DNA of 59,764 bases, the filler included. It is 6 parts of 6 records of this genome, joined end to end, with 100 filler letters (N's around TTAATTAATTAA, not from the genome) between each part and the next. Parts side by side here need not be neighbours in the genome. Positions count along the whole stretch, not along the records: positions 1 to 21,061 come from DRR723986_14452; positions 21,162 to 30,388 come from DRR723986_14467; 4 more parts are not named here. The stretch is one strand, 5' to 3'. The translations under genes were made by a program, and so were the position numbers. The notes under the pieces are model-generated. The model searched no databases. It was not told the DNA's origin and saw nothing but the letters and a program-made list of their open reading frames with translations. Positions 18,797 through 27,979 of the stretch are shown piece by piece; positions within the stretch are counted from its first letter, which is position 1, and every line of letters begins with the position of its first letter.

Positions 18797-19894
18797 ATGG
18801 CAGTCCTAGAAAAGTTATTCCCCTACGCCAGTCTGGTGTTTTTAATAGCCGCAGCAGGTGCGGTTTTTGTGACGATTCAGTCCGAAAGTAAACCACATCC
18901 GGAGATAAACGCGGGGCTGATTACCAATCACTCGTTTATTAACGGTTTATATACAAGCATGGACATTTATGATGAGGAGGAAGTTTTTGCGTATATCTTC
19001 AGAAACCTGGATGACGAAGTCACAATTTTCCCTTCGGAAAATTACTTCTACTTTCGATTCAGTGCGCAGGGCCAGACGCTGGGCGGCTCACTTTCCTTAA
19101 AAGTAGGCAAACGCGATGAGGGCATCATCAGCCTGGGCTATTCGATTAAACCGGAGTCACGCGATCGCCAAAAGTTCTTCAGTATCAAAGGTGGTGCGCG
19201 TGACTTTAATGCCGATGACGGCGTCCTGGTTAAAAAACTCGACGACTTTTTGTATGGCGTCACCTACAAAGACCGGACGGTGACGTTCAGCTTGTATGAG
19301 CAGGGCCTGCAAGCGCCGCAGAAGGCCGCACTCATGCCGGATGAGGAATATGTGTGTACTTCGTTTGATGAATCGGGACTGCAGTTTTATCTGATATTTA
19401 ACAAAAGTATCGATCGCATGTACTGGATTCTGAATGAAGATGCGTATGTGCCGGAAGAGTTCACACGCCACAGCCACAACGTCTTTTTTGGCGACCGCAC
19501 GGAATTTGCCTGGTATGCAGATTCAGTGCACAACCGCAAAGTTCTGATTGGCGTCAATGGCGAGAATGTGCTGCACAACAACTGGTACGATGGCCCCTTT
19601 GATCAATTGGCCGATAATTATGTCAATATCGGAGAGTTAAACATGCGGCCCTATATTGAGGCGCAGTATCCGATGCACCTTGACAATGTTGATGAATTCG
19701 GGCGCATGTTAAACCGCGAAGACGCGCGCGTACCGATTGCACCCTACCGCGTCTACTGGGATACACGCGAGTTTAACAATATCGACAGCCTGGTAGGCGC
19801 TGTGGAAGATAAGTCACAGCTTCTGCAGCAGCTAACCGCGCAGATTTACTATGTGCCGCGTGACTATTACAAAAATGTGCTTAGAAAAAAGTAG
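18797..19894 (+). CDS. Membrane-anchored hypothetical protein, paralog A
   Basis: N-terminal hydrophobic anchor; motifs FPSENYFYFRF, FDESGL, NNWYDGPFDQLADNY shared with next gene. Confidence 0.85.
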   Translation: MAVLEKLFPYASLVFLIAAAGAVFVTIQSESKPHPEINAGLITNHSFINGLYTSMDIYDEEEVFAYIFRNLDDEVTIFPSENYFYFRFSAQGQTLGGSLSLKVGKRDEGIISLGYSIKPESRDRQKFFSIKGGARDFNADDGVLVKKLDDFLYGVTYKDRTVTFSLYEQGLQAPQKAALMPDEEYVCTSFDESGLQFYLIFNKSIDRMYWILNEDAYVPEEFTRHSHNVFFGDRTEFAWYADSVHNRKVLIGVNGENVLHNNWYDGPFDQLADNYVNIGELNMRPYIEAQYPMHLDNVDEFGRMLNREDARVPIAPYRVYWDTREFNNIDSLVGAVEDKSQLLQQLTAQIYYVPRDYYKNVLRKK

Positions 19895-19906
19895 ACTGGA
19901 ATCCAG

Positions 19907-20968
19907 ATGTTACGCACAATTGTGGACCGGGTTTTGGTGTTTACGGCGGGAGCGATGGTGACTTTGTTGCTGGCGTATTCGCTGGACGAGAGCGCCGCGC
20001 GCGAAAACAGTTTACGCAGCGGCGTCTTTTCGAATGAGGCCTATGTTAACGGTTTATACACGAACATGAACCTGGTCAGCAGCCAGGATGTGTTTACACA
20101 TGTGTTCAACAACCTGGCGCCGGCAGTTACCGTTTACCCATCTGAGAACTTCTATTACTTTCGATTCACCGGGCGCGGACGCACGGTGAGTGGCGCGTTG
20201 TGGCTGGGAATAGAGAAGGTTGACAGCGGGAAAATTGGATGTAGTTTTACACGCAAAGCTGAACAGCGCGACCGTTATGCCACTGCGGAGCGCATTCCCC
20301 TGTCCCGCGACTTTGGCGCTGCCGAGGGCGTGGAAGTCAAACGCCTGGATGACTTTAACATTCGCGTTAAATACAGAAACAAGACGGTAGACTTTGAGTT
20401 GTACCGCGCGCCCGTGCGTGCCGGGCTAAGTTATGCTTTGCGCGCAGACGAGGTGTTTGTAGGCCCGTGTTTTGACGAATCGGGGCTGCGCTTTGACCTG
20501 CTTTTTAACAAAAGTGCGGCGCGGCTGTTCTGGGTTCTGAATGAGGATCACTACGTGCCGGAGCAGTTTACGCAGCTCAGCGAGAACGTCAGCGTGGGAG
20601 AGCGCAGTGAATTTGCCTTTTTTCACGACCGTGAACAAAGGCGCAAAATTCTGATTGGCGTGCACGCGCTGAACGTAGCCGACAACAACTGGTTTGACGG
20701 ACCTTTTGACCAGATGCCGGACAACTACGTGCGCGCCGGTGTTGCTGAGATACGTTCGTATTTGGCGCTGCATCACAATGTTGATGCGTCTGGGCTGGAT
20801 GAGTATGGCTTTTACGGAGCGGACAAACGCACACGTTTAAGTGCGACGGCGTACAGGCGTTACAGCGAACGCGCGGACCTGACATTTGCGGATTCTTTGC
20901 TGGAGCAGCATTCCGGCAACTACGCGCAGCTGCTGGAGGCTTTGACGCTGAGTGAGCGGCTGGAGTGA
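19907..20968 (+). CDS. Membrane-anchored hypothetical protein, paralog B
   Basis: 12 nt after paralog A; YPSENFYYFRF, FDESGL, NNWFDGPFDQMPDNY. Confidence 0.85.
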   Translation: MLRTIVDRVLVFTAGAMVTLLLAYSLDESAARENSLRSGVFSNEAYVNGLYTNMNLVSSQDVFTHVFNNLAPAVTVYPSENFYYFRFTGRGRTVSGALWLGIEKVDSGKIGCSFTRKAEQRDRYATAERIPLSRDFGAAEGVEVKRLDDFNIRVKYRNKTVDFELYRAPVRAGLSYALRADEVFVGPCFDESGLRFDLLFNKSAARLFWVLNEDHYVPEQFTQLSENVSVGERSEFAFFHDREQRRKILIGVHALNVADNNWFDGPFDQMPDNYVRAGVAEIRSYLALHHNVDASGLDEYGFYGADKRTRLSATAYRRYSERADLTFADSLLEQHSGNYAQLLEALTLSERLE

Positions 20969-21061
20969 TGCTGCCCACACCTCAATGCGATCTGGGATTG
21001 GCGTCTGGCTGATGAAGATTATTCTGCCGCTACCGAGTCCTGAGACTCTGAGCCGGAAGAT

Positions 21062-21161
21062 NNNNNNNNNNNNNNNNNNNNNNNNNNNNNNNNNNNNNNN
21101 NNNNNTTAATTAATTAANNNNNNNNNNNNNNNNNNNNNNNNNNNNNNNNNNNNNNNNNNNN
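21062..21161. other. Artificial contig spacer
   Basis: N-run + TTAATTAATTAA + N-run, 100 nt. Confidence 0.98.
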
Positions 21162-22229
21162 CCCTTCGACCTGCCGGACCTGATGAAGCGCTCGGCCCGC
21201 GCGCTGGAACAAAAGCGCCGCGCGCCTGCAACGCGCGCCCCCGGCGTTTCTGGCAGCGAGTCTCCTCAGGACGATCTGCCGCTGGTCGGGCGCACGGCCT
21301 CGATGCAGGCGCTCTATCGCTTGGTGGCGCGGGTGATGAATGCGGATCTGCCGGTTCTGGTGACAGGCGAAAGCGGGACGGGAAAGAGCCTGATTGCCAG
21401 GGCGATTCACGATTTTTCCGACCGGCGCACGCTGCCTTTCGTGACGGTCACGGCGTCGGATCTCGATGCTGCGGACGGACCGCAGCAGGTTCTGAGCCGG
21501 GTGCGCGACGGATCGCTTCTGTTTGATGAGATCGGGGATTTCGACGATACCGCCCAAGGCAAGATCGTTCGGATGCTGGACGGGTTCGGCGACGGCGCGC
21601 CACGGGTCATGGCCACAAGTCAGAAGGCGCTGACCGAGCGGATGGAGTCGGGCGTGTTCCGTCAGGATCTGTTCTACCGCCTGTCCGGCGTCACCATCGC
21701 GGTTCCGGCCTTGCGCGAACGGGTGGATGACATTCCGCTGCTGGCCGAACATTTTCTGGCCCGCTCCGAACGCGACGGCCTGCCGGTGCGGCGGCTGTCG
21801 CCCGGGGCCATGGAAATGATCCGCGCCTATAGCTGGCCGGGCAACGTGCGGCAGTTGGAAAACACCGTGCGGCGCCTGACGGTGACAAGCCCGGTCGAGG
21901 TTATCGGCAAGCCCGAGGTCGAGGCCGTGCTTGGCAACCAGCCCGAAATCGAGCCGTTGATCGGATCAAGCGACGGTGAAAAGCTGTCGGCATCGGTCGC
22001 CAAGCATCTCAAGCGCTATTTCGACCTGCATGGCGGGGTCTTGCCGCCACCGGGTCTCTACACGCGCATCCTGCGCGAGGTGGAACTGCCTTTGATCGAG
22101 ATCGCCCTGGATGCGACGGGGGGCAATCAGGCGAAATGCGCCGATCTGCTTGGCATCAACCGCAATACGCTGCGCAAGAAGATCACGGATCTGGATATTC
22201 GCGTGACTCGCCGCCGGAAGTTGATGTAA
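21162..22229 (+). CDS. ntrC: Nitrogen regulation response regulator NtrC (5' truncated)
   Basis: End of receiver domain (PFD), GESGTGKS Walker [41 protein letters not shown]; upstream of ntrY. Confidence 0.92.
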   Translation, partial: PFDLPDLMKRSARALEQKRRAPATRAPGVSGSESPQDDLPLVGRTASMQALYRLVARVMNADLPVLVTGESGTGKSLIARAIHDFSDRRTLPFVTVTASDLDAADGPQQVLSRVRDGSLLFDEIGDFDDTAQGKIVRMLDGFGDGAPRVMATSQKALTERMESGVFRQDLFYRLSGVTIAVPALRERVDDIPLLAEHFLARSERDGLPVRRLSPGAMEMIRAYSWPGNVRQLENTVRRLTVTSPVEVIGKPEVEAVLGNQPEIEPLIGSSDGEKLSASVAKHLKRYFDLHGGVLPPPGLYTRILREVELPLIEIALDATGGNQAKCADLLGINRNTLRKKITDLDIRVTRRRKLM

Positions 22230-22328
22230 AACCGCAACAGTAGCGTTGCCCGTATGTGACGGCGGGAATTGGGCTACCATATTTTGCGGTCGGGCAGGGT
22301 TTCTGCCCAACATACGAGGCTTTTTCGG

Positions 22329-24584
22329 GTGAGTACCCCTGCGCAGAGTGATGCAGATTCCCCACTGATGCGGTTGCTGGCCCTGCGCCAGCAGCGCCGC
22401 CTGCGCACGATCGGCACTTTTGCGCTGGTTTTGCTGGGGCCTGTTCTGGCGGTCGCGACGTTTCTGGTGATGGGGCCTCTGGGGCAGGCGGTAGCCTCAC
22501 CCTCGCTGCGGCTGGTTCTGCTGGCGGACCTTGTCTACACGCTTGTCGTGGCGGCGCTGGTCTTCTACCGGGTGGCCAAGATGATTGCCGCGCGGCGTGC
22601 GCAATCCGCAGGTTCCCGGCTGCATTTGCGCCTGACCGGGGTGTTTGTGCTGCTGGCGCTGCTGCCCACTGTTTCGGTCGCGGTCTTTGCAACGATCACC
22701 GTGAATATGGGGCTGGAGGGATGGTTTTCCGACCGGGTGCGCAATGCACTTGGCCATTCGGTGGAAGCCGCCCATGCCTATCAGCAGGAACATCGGGACG
22801 ACTTGACCGAAGACGCGATTGCACTGGCGGCCTTTCTCAACCTCAATCGCCGTGCCACCCCTTTTCTTGCGGATGGCGATCTGCGTCAGCTTCTCAGTCA
22901 GGGGCAGGGGGCCATTCAACGCGGCCTGAGAGAGGCCTTCGTGATCGACGGTGGGGGCGAGATCCGGGCCCGAGGTGAACGCAGCTATCTGTTTGACTAC
23001 GAACGCCCGTCTGACGATGACCTGCTGCTGGCTGCCGAAGGCGATGTGGTCGTGATCGAGGACCGGGAAACCAATGAATTCCGCGCGCTTGTGCGGCTGA
23101 CAGCCTTTGCGGACCGTTACCTGTATGTCAGCCGCGAGGTGGATGGACAGATTATCGCGCTGCTCGATGAAACCCAGGCCACTGTCGGGCTGTATCGCCA
23201 GTTGGAAAACGAACGCGGACAGTTTCTGTTCCAGTTCGGGCTGATCTATCTGGGCTTCGCGGTCATCCTGATCCTTGCGGCAATCTGGTTGGGGCTGTGG
23301 TTCGCCGAACGACTGTCACGCCCGGTCGGGCGCTTGGCGGGGGCCGCTCAGCGCGTCGGGATCGGGGATCTGGACGTGCGGGTGCAGGAGGAACAGGGCG
23401 ACGACGAGATTGCCATGTTGGGCCGCCTGTTCAACCAGATGACCCGGCAATTGAAAGGCCAGCGCGATGCGCTGATCGAACAGCATGACCGCACCGAGGA
23501 ACGCCGCCGCCAGTTTGACTCGGTTCTCAGTTCCGTCACCTCGGGCGTGATCGGCCTTGATGCGGATGGGCGCATTGATTTCATGAACCGCTCAGCGATC
23601 CGTCTGCTCGATCTGGTTGAAGCACGCGATCACGGGATCAGCGTGGCCGTGGCCGTGCCGGAATACGCCGCCTTGTTCGACCGGCTGCGTGATCGGGCCG
23701 CGCCGGTGGTGCAGGAAGAAATCAAGGTCACCCGCCGGGGCAAGCTGGAAAGCCTGCTGGTGCGCGTGTCTGTTCGGCAGGACGAAGATGGCGATCTGGA
23801 AGGCTACGTGGTGGCCTTCGACGATGTGACCGACCTTGTCAGCGCACAACGTATGGCGGCCTGGGGCGACGTGGCCCGTCGGATCGCACATGAAATCAAG
23901 AACCCCCTGACCCCCATTCAGCTAAGTGCGGAACGGGTCAGGCGCAAATTCAGCAAGCTGCTGGATGAGGCCGATGCAGACCAGTTGGGCCAGTTGACCG
24001 ATGTCATCGTGCGCCAGACCAACGATCTGCGGCGGATCGTGGACGAGTTTTCCAAATTCGCGCGGATGCCGGAACCCGAGCGCCAGCCCGAGGATGTCTC
24101 GCGGCTTTTGTCCGATGCCGTCCTTCTGCAAAAGTCGGGCCAGCCGGGAACAAGGTTCGTCAGTGACATTCCCGCAGGCCCGGTTCTGGCCGATCTGGAT
24201 GCGACCATGATCGGCCAGGCGCTGACAAATCTGATCAAGAATGGCGGGGAAGCCATTGAAACTTTGCAGGAAAAAGACCCGCCAGAGGGGCATTCCCCGG
24301 AAATTCGCGTGGTCATGACCCTGCATCCCGAAACGGTTGAAATCACCATCAGCGACAATGGCATCGGTCTGCCACCCGACCGGGCGCGGCTGTTTGAACC
24401 TTATGTGACGACCCGAGAGAAAGGCACCGGTCTGGGCCTGCCGATCGTCAAGAAGATCATCGAAGAACATGGCGGGTCGCTGGACCTGCTGGATGCGGAG
24501 CCCTTCTCGCCGGGTGCGCATCCGGGGGCGATGGCACGCATCCTGCTGCCACGTCTGTCTGAGGACGAAGGAGAAGCGATATGA
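22329..24584 (+). CDS. ntrY: Sensor histidine kinase NtrY
   Basis: TM segments, HAMP, PAS, AAWGDVARRIAHEIKNPLTPIQLSAER, GTGLGL; start approximate. Confidence 0.93.
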   Translation: MSTPAQSDADSPLMRLLALRQQRRLRTIGTFALVLLGPVLAVATFLVMGPLGQAVASPSLRLVLLADLVYTLVVAALVFYRVAKMIAARRAQSAGSRLHLRLTGVFVLLALLPTVSVAVFATITVNMGLEGWFSDRVRNALGHSVEAAHAYQQEHRDDLTEDAIALAAFLNLNRRATPFLADGDLRQLLSQGQGAIQRGLREAFVIDGGGEIRARGERSYLFDYERPSDDDLLLAAEGDVVVIEDRETNEFRALVRLTAFADRYLYVSREVDGQIIALLDETQATVGLYRQLENERGQFLFQFGLIYLGFAVILILAAIWLGLWFAERLSRPVGRLAGAAQRVGIGDLDVRVQEEQGDDEIAMLGRLFNQMTRQLKGQRDALIEQHDRTEERRRQFDSVLSSVTSGVIGLDADGRIDFMNRSAIRLLDLVEARDHGISVAVAVPEYAALFDRLRDRAAPVVQEEIKVTRRGKLESLLVRVSVRQDEDGDLEGYVVAFDDVTDLVSAQRMAAWGDVARRIAHEIKNPLTPIQLSAERVRRKFSKLLDEADADQLGQLTDVIVRQTNDLRRIVDEFSKFARMPEPERQPEDVSRLLSDAVLLQKSGQPGTRFVSDIPAGPVLADLDATMIGQALTNLIKNGGEAIETLQEKDPPEGHSPEIRVVMTLHPETVEITISDNGIGLPPDRARLFEPYVTTREKGTGLGLPIVKKIIEEHGGSLDLLDAEPFSPGAHPGAMARILLPRLSEDEGEAI

Positions 24585-25984
24585 GCGATATTCTGGTTGT
24601 CGACGACGAACGCGATATCCGAGAGCTGATTTGTGACATCCTTCAGGATGAAGGGTTCACCACCCGCATGGCATCGAATTCCGATGAATGCATGGCCGAG
24701 CTGAACAAGGAGCCGCCGGGGATGATGATCCTCGATATCTGGCTCAAGGACAGCAACATGGATGGCATCGACATCCTGTCGCACGTCAAGCGGGATAACC
24801 CCGATGTGCCGGTGGTGATCATCTCGGGTCATGGCAACATTGAAATCGCCGTGGCGGCGATCAAGCAGGGCGCGTTCGACTTCATCGAGAAACCGTTCAA
24901 TATCGACCAGCTTCTGGTGGTGATCCGCCGCGCGATGGAGGTCAGCCGCCTGCGCCGCGAAAACTCTGCCCTGCGTCGTCAGGATGGCCGGTCAGACGAG
25001 ATGATCGGTGCGGGTGCAGCGTTCAAGATGCTGAAATCACAGCTCGACAAGGTCACCAAGTCAAATGGCCGGGTGATGCTGACCGGCGGACCGGGATCGG
25101 GCAAGGAAATCTCTGCCCGGTATATCCACGCCCATTCGGACCGCTCCGGCGCGCCCTTCGTGACGGTCAGTTCGGCCTCGGTGTCGCCCGACCACATGGA
25201 AGAGGTGCTGTTTGGCCGCGAAAGCCCCGAACGCGGCGTCGAACAGGGCCTGTTGGAACAGGCCCATGGCGGCGTGGTGTTCTTTGACGAGATTGCGGAT
25301 ATGCCATCCGGCACGCAGTCCAAGATCCTCAGGGTGCTTGTGGACCAGAGCTTTACCCGCGTTGGCGGCACGTCCAAGGTGCGCGTCGATCTCCGGGTCA
25401 TTTCCTCGACCACTCGTGACCTAAAGGCCGAAATCGCGTCGGGGACTTTCCGCGAAGAGCTGTATCACCGTCTGAACGTGGTGCCGATCGACGTGCCGAG
25501 CCTTGAGGAGCGCCGCGAAGACATCCCCGACCTGGCGCGCCACTTCATCGAACGGTTCAACCGCGAACAGGGCCTGCCGCTGCGCGACCTTGGGCAGGAC
25601 GCCGAGGCGATGCTGCAAACCATGCGCTGGCCCGGCAATATCCGTGAATTGCGCAACGTGATCGAACGGGTGCTGATCCTTGGCGATGGCACCGGCCCGA
25701 TCGAGGCGCGCGATCTGCCGGGGCAGGGGGCCACCGCCAGTGAAGATGAACAGATTGCCCTGTCACCGGGCCTGACCACTTTGCCATTGCGAGAGGCGCG
25801 GGAACTGTTTGAGCGGCACTACCTGATGGCGCAGATCAACCGCTTCGGGGGCAATATCAGCCGAACCGCCAGTTTCGTCGGCATGGAACGCAGCGCCCTG
25901 CATCGCAAGCTGAAATCGCTTGGCGTTGTCACCACCAACCGCGCGGGCGCGCGGGTGGCGCAAGTGGGTGACGGCGAGGACTGA
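24581..25984 (+). CDS. ntrX: Response regulator NtrX
   Basis: LDIWL receiver, ISGHGNIEIAV, AAA+ domain, GNISRTASFVGMERSALHRKLK. Confidence 0.95.
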   Translation: MSDILVVDDERDIRELICDILQDEGFTTRMASNSDECMAELNKEPPGMMILDIWLKDSNMDGIDILSHVKRDNPDVPVVIISGHGNIEIAVAAIKQGAFDFIEKPFNIDQLLVVIRRAMEVSRLRRENSALRRQDGRSDEMIGAGAAFKMLKSQLDKVTKSNGRVMLTGGPGSGKEISARYIHAHSDRSGAPFVTVSSASVSPDHMEEVLFGRESPERGVEQGLLEQAHGGVVFFDEIADMPSGTQSKILRVLVDQSFTRVGGTSKVRVDLRVISSTTRDLKAEIASGTFREELYHRLNVVPIDVPSLEERREDIPDLARHFIERFNREQGLPLRDLGQDAEAMLQTMRWPGNIRELRNVIERVLILGDGTGPIEARDLPGQGATASEDEQIALSPGLTTLPLREARELFERHYLMAQINRFGGNISRTASFVGMERSALHRKLKSLGVVTTNRAGARVAQVGDGED

Positions 25985-25988
25985 GCCT

Positions 25989-26438
25989 TCAGGGGTTCAC
26001 AATCAAGGCGCCGTTGTCGGTGCGGATGATGCAAGTCGACTCGGATAGCGGGGCCATGATCGTCGATGCTGCCACGCGCCGGTTTGCCGGGCAGATCGGC
26101 AGGCTCACCTCTGTATATCCGCGTTCTGCCATGCAGACGGCGATGGCGTTTCCGCGCCTGGATTGAGCCAGATCCACGGTGTAGGCCTCTCCTCCCTGCC
26201 AGTATCCTTCGGTCGTCACGCAGACGCCTTCCGCATCGCAGGTTTCTGTTGCAGGAACGTAGACCCTCGGGCGATAGCGGGTGAGCCGCTGTTCAGGGTG
26301 ATCGTAGTAGGCGGCGGATTCGCAATTGGCGTAATCGAGAGTGCGCTGAGCGACCGTGCGCCCCTCGGCGTAGTATTCGGAATATTGGCAGGCCGTCAGG
26401 GGCAGCAGTGCAAGGGCGATTGGAAGAAATCTGTTCAT
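25989..26438 (-). CDS. Cys-rich hypothetical lipoprotein
   Basis: MNRFLPIALALLPLTAC lipobox; CMAERGY motif. Confidence 0.7.
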   Translation of the reverse strand: MNRFLPIALALLPLTACQYSEYYAEGRTVAQRTLDYANCESAAYYDHPEQRLTRYRPRVYVPATETCDAEGVCVTTEGYWQGGEAYTVDLAQSRRGNAIAVCMAERGYTEVSLPICPANRRVAASTIMAPLSESTCIIRTDNGALIVNP

Positions 26439-26599
26439 GGCTGATCCGTTGAAACTTTCAAGTAATTCCAAAATCATAGCTTAGGGGTTCGTGATCTCCA
26501 AGCGCATCGTGACAGGGGCGATGATTGACGGCTGTGCTCGTCTCTGCCATGCAGAAGGCCCGGCCCGGTGGCCGGTCAGACGAGGACGGGCAAGGGCCG

Positions 26600-27976
26600 A
26601 TGAAGATCATCATTTGCGGGGCAGGTCAGGTCGGCTGGCAGATCGCCCGTCACCTTTCCGGCGAAAACAACGACGTCACCGTGGTGGACAACAACCCAGA
26701 ACTGGTGCGCCGCGCAACCGATACGCTTGACGTGCAGGGGATCACCGGCTTTGCGTCCTATCCCGATGTGCTGGACAAGGCGGGCGCGCGCGATGCCGAC
26801 ATGATTATCGCCGCCACCTTCTCGGACGAGGTCAACATGGTCACCTGCCAGGTGGCCCATTCGATCTTTGCCGTGCCGCGCAAGATTGCCCGGCTGCGCG
26901 CCCAAAGCTATCTGACGGCGGTTTATTCCGACCTTTACCGGCGTGAACACTTGCCGGTCGATGTGGTGATCAGCCCGGAACGAGAGGTTGCAAAGGCGGC
27001 GCTGCGCAGGCTGGCCTCGCCTTCGACCTTCGACACCGAGTATTTCCTGGGCGGTGAGGCGCTGTTGATGGGGATTCGGCTGGATGAAGATAGCCCGGTG
27101 CTGAACACTCCGCTCAAGCAATTGTCCGAGCTTTTCTCGACCCTTCGCGCCATCGTGGTCGGGGTGCGCCGGGAGGGCACGTTGTTTGCCCCCGAACCGG
27201 GCGATCAGTTGTTTGCGGGCGACGAGATTTACGTCTTTACCCATGACAGTGACGCGGCCCGCACGTTGGAAATATTCGGCAAACCCGCCCCCCGGCAGGA
27301 ACGGGTGGTCATCATCGGCGGCGGCAATGTCGGGCTGGCCGTCGCGCAGGAGCTGGAAAAGTCCTCCACCCGGATCCGCGCCCGTGTGATCGAGAAAAGC
27401 CGCGACCGCGCCGAACGCGCGGCCGACGCGCTGAGCCGAACCATCGTTTTGCATGGCGACGGGCTCGATATCGAGATCCTGCGCGAAGCCGGGGTTGAAC
27501 GGGCGGACGCGGTTTTGTGCGTGTCGGATGACGACAAGACCAATCTGCTGGCCTCGGTGCGGGCGAAATCGGCAGGGGCCGGCATGGCCATCGCCCTGGT
27601 CAACGATCCGACGATGGTACAGATGATGGAACCCCTGGGCATCGACGCCTATGTGAATCCGCGCGCCACCACGGTCAGTTCCATCCTGCGCCACATCCGG
27701 CAAGGTCGGGTGCGCGGGGTCTATTCCATCGGTGACGCGGAGGCCGAAGTGATCGAGGCGCAGGTTCTGTCCACATCGCCGATTGCCGGGCGCGCGGTGC
27801 GCGACATCGACTTTCCCGAAGGCGCGTTGATCGGCGCAATCCGCAAACGCGACAAGGTGATCCGCCCGACGGGATCAACCCGGATCGAGGAGGGTGATAC
27901 CGTCGCCATCTTCGCTCTGTCCAAGGATGTGCCCGCGGTTGAGGCCCTGTTGCGCGTCTCGGTCGATTTCTTCTGA
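26600..27976 (+). CDS. trkA: Trk potassium uptake NAD-binding subunit
   Basis: MKIIICGAGQVG, second IIGGGNVG RCK domain; 458 aa from ATG 26600. Confidence 0.95.
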   Translation: MKIIICGAGQVGWQIARHLSGENNDVTVVDNNPELVRRATDTLDVQGITGFASYPDVLDKAGARDADMIIAATFSDEVNMVTCQVAHSIFAVPRKIARLRAQSYLTAVYSDLYRREHLPVDVVISPEREVAKAALRRLASPSTFDTEYFLGGEALLMGIRLDEDSPVLNTPLKQLSELFSTLRAIVVGVRREGTLFAPEPGDQLFAGDEIYVFTHDSDAARTLEIFGKPAPRQERVVIIGGGNVGLAVAQELEKSSTRIRARVIEKSRDRAERAADALSRTIVLHGDGLDIEILREAGVERADAVLCVSDDDKTNLLASVRAKSAGAGMAIALVNDPTMVQMMEPLGIDAYVNPRATTVSSILRHIRQGRVRGVYSIGDAEAEVIEAQVLSTSPIAGRAVRDIDFPEGALIGAIRKRDKVIRPTGSTRIEEGDTVAIFALSKDVPAVEALLRVSVDFF

Positions 27977-27979
27977 CCG

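Noticed and set aside
21106-21117. TTAATTAATTAA repeated five times in the window
   Set aside because: Synthetic linker within N-runs, not biological.
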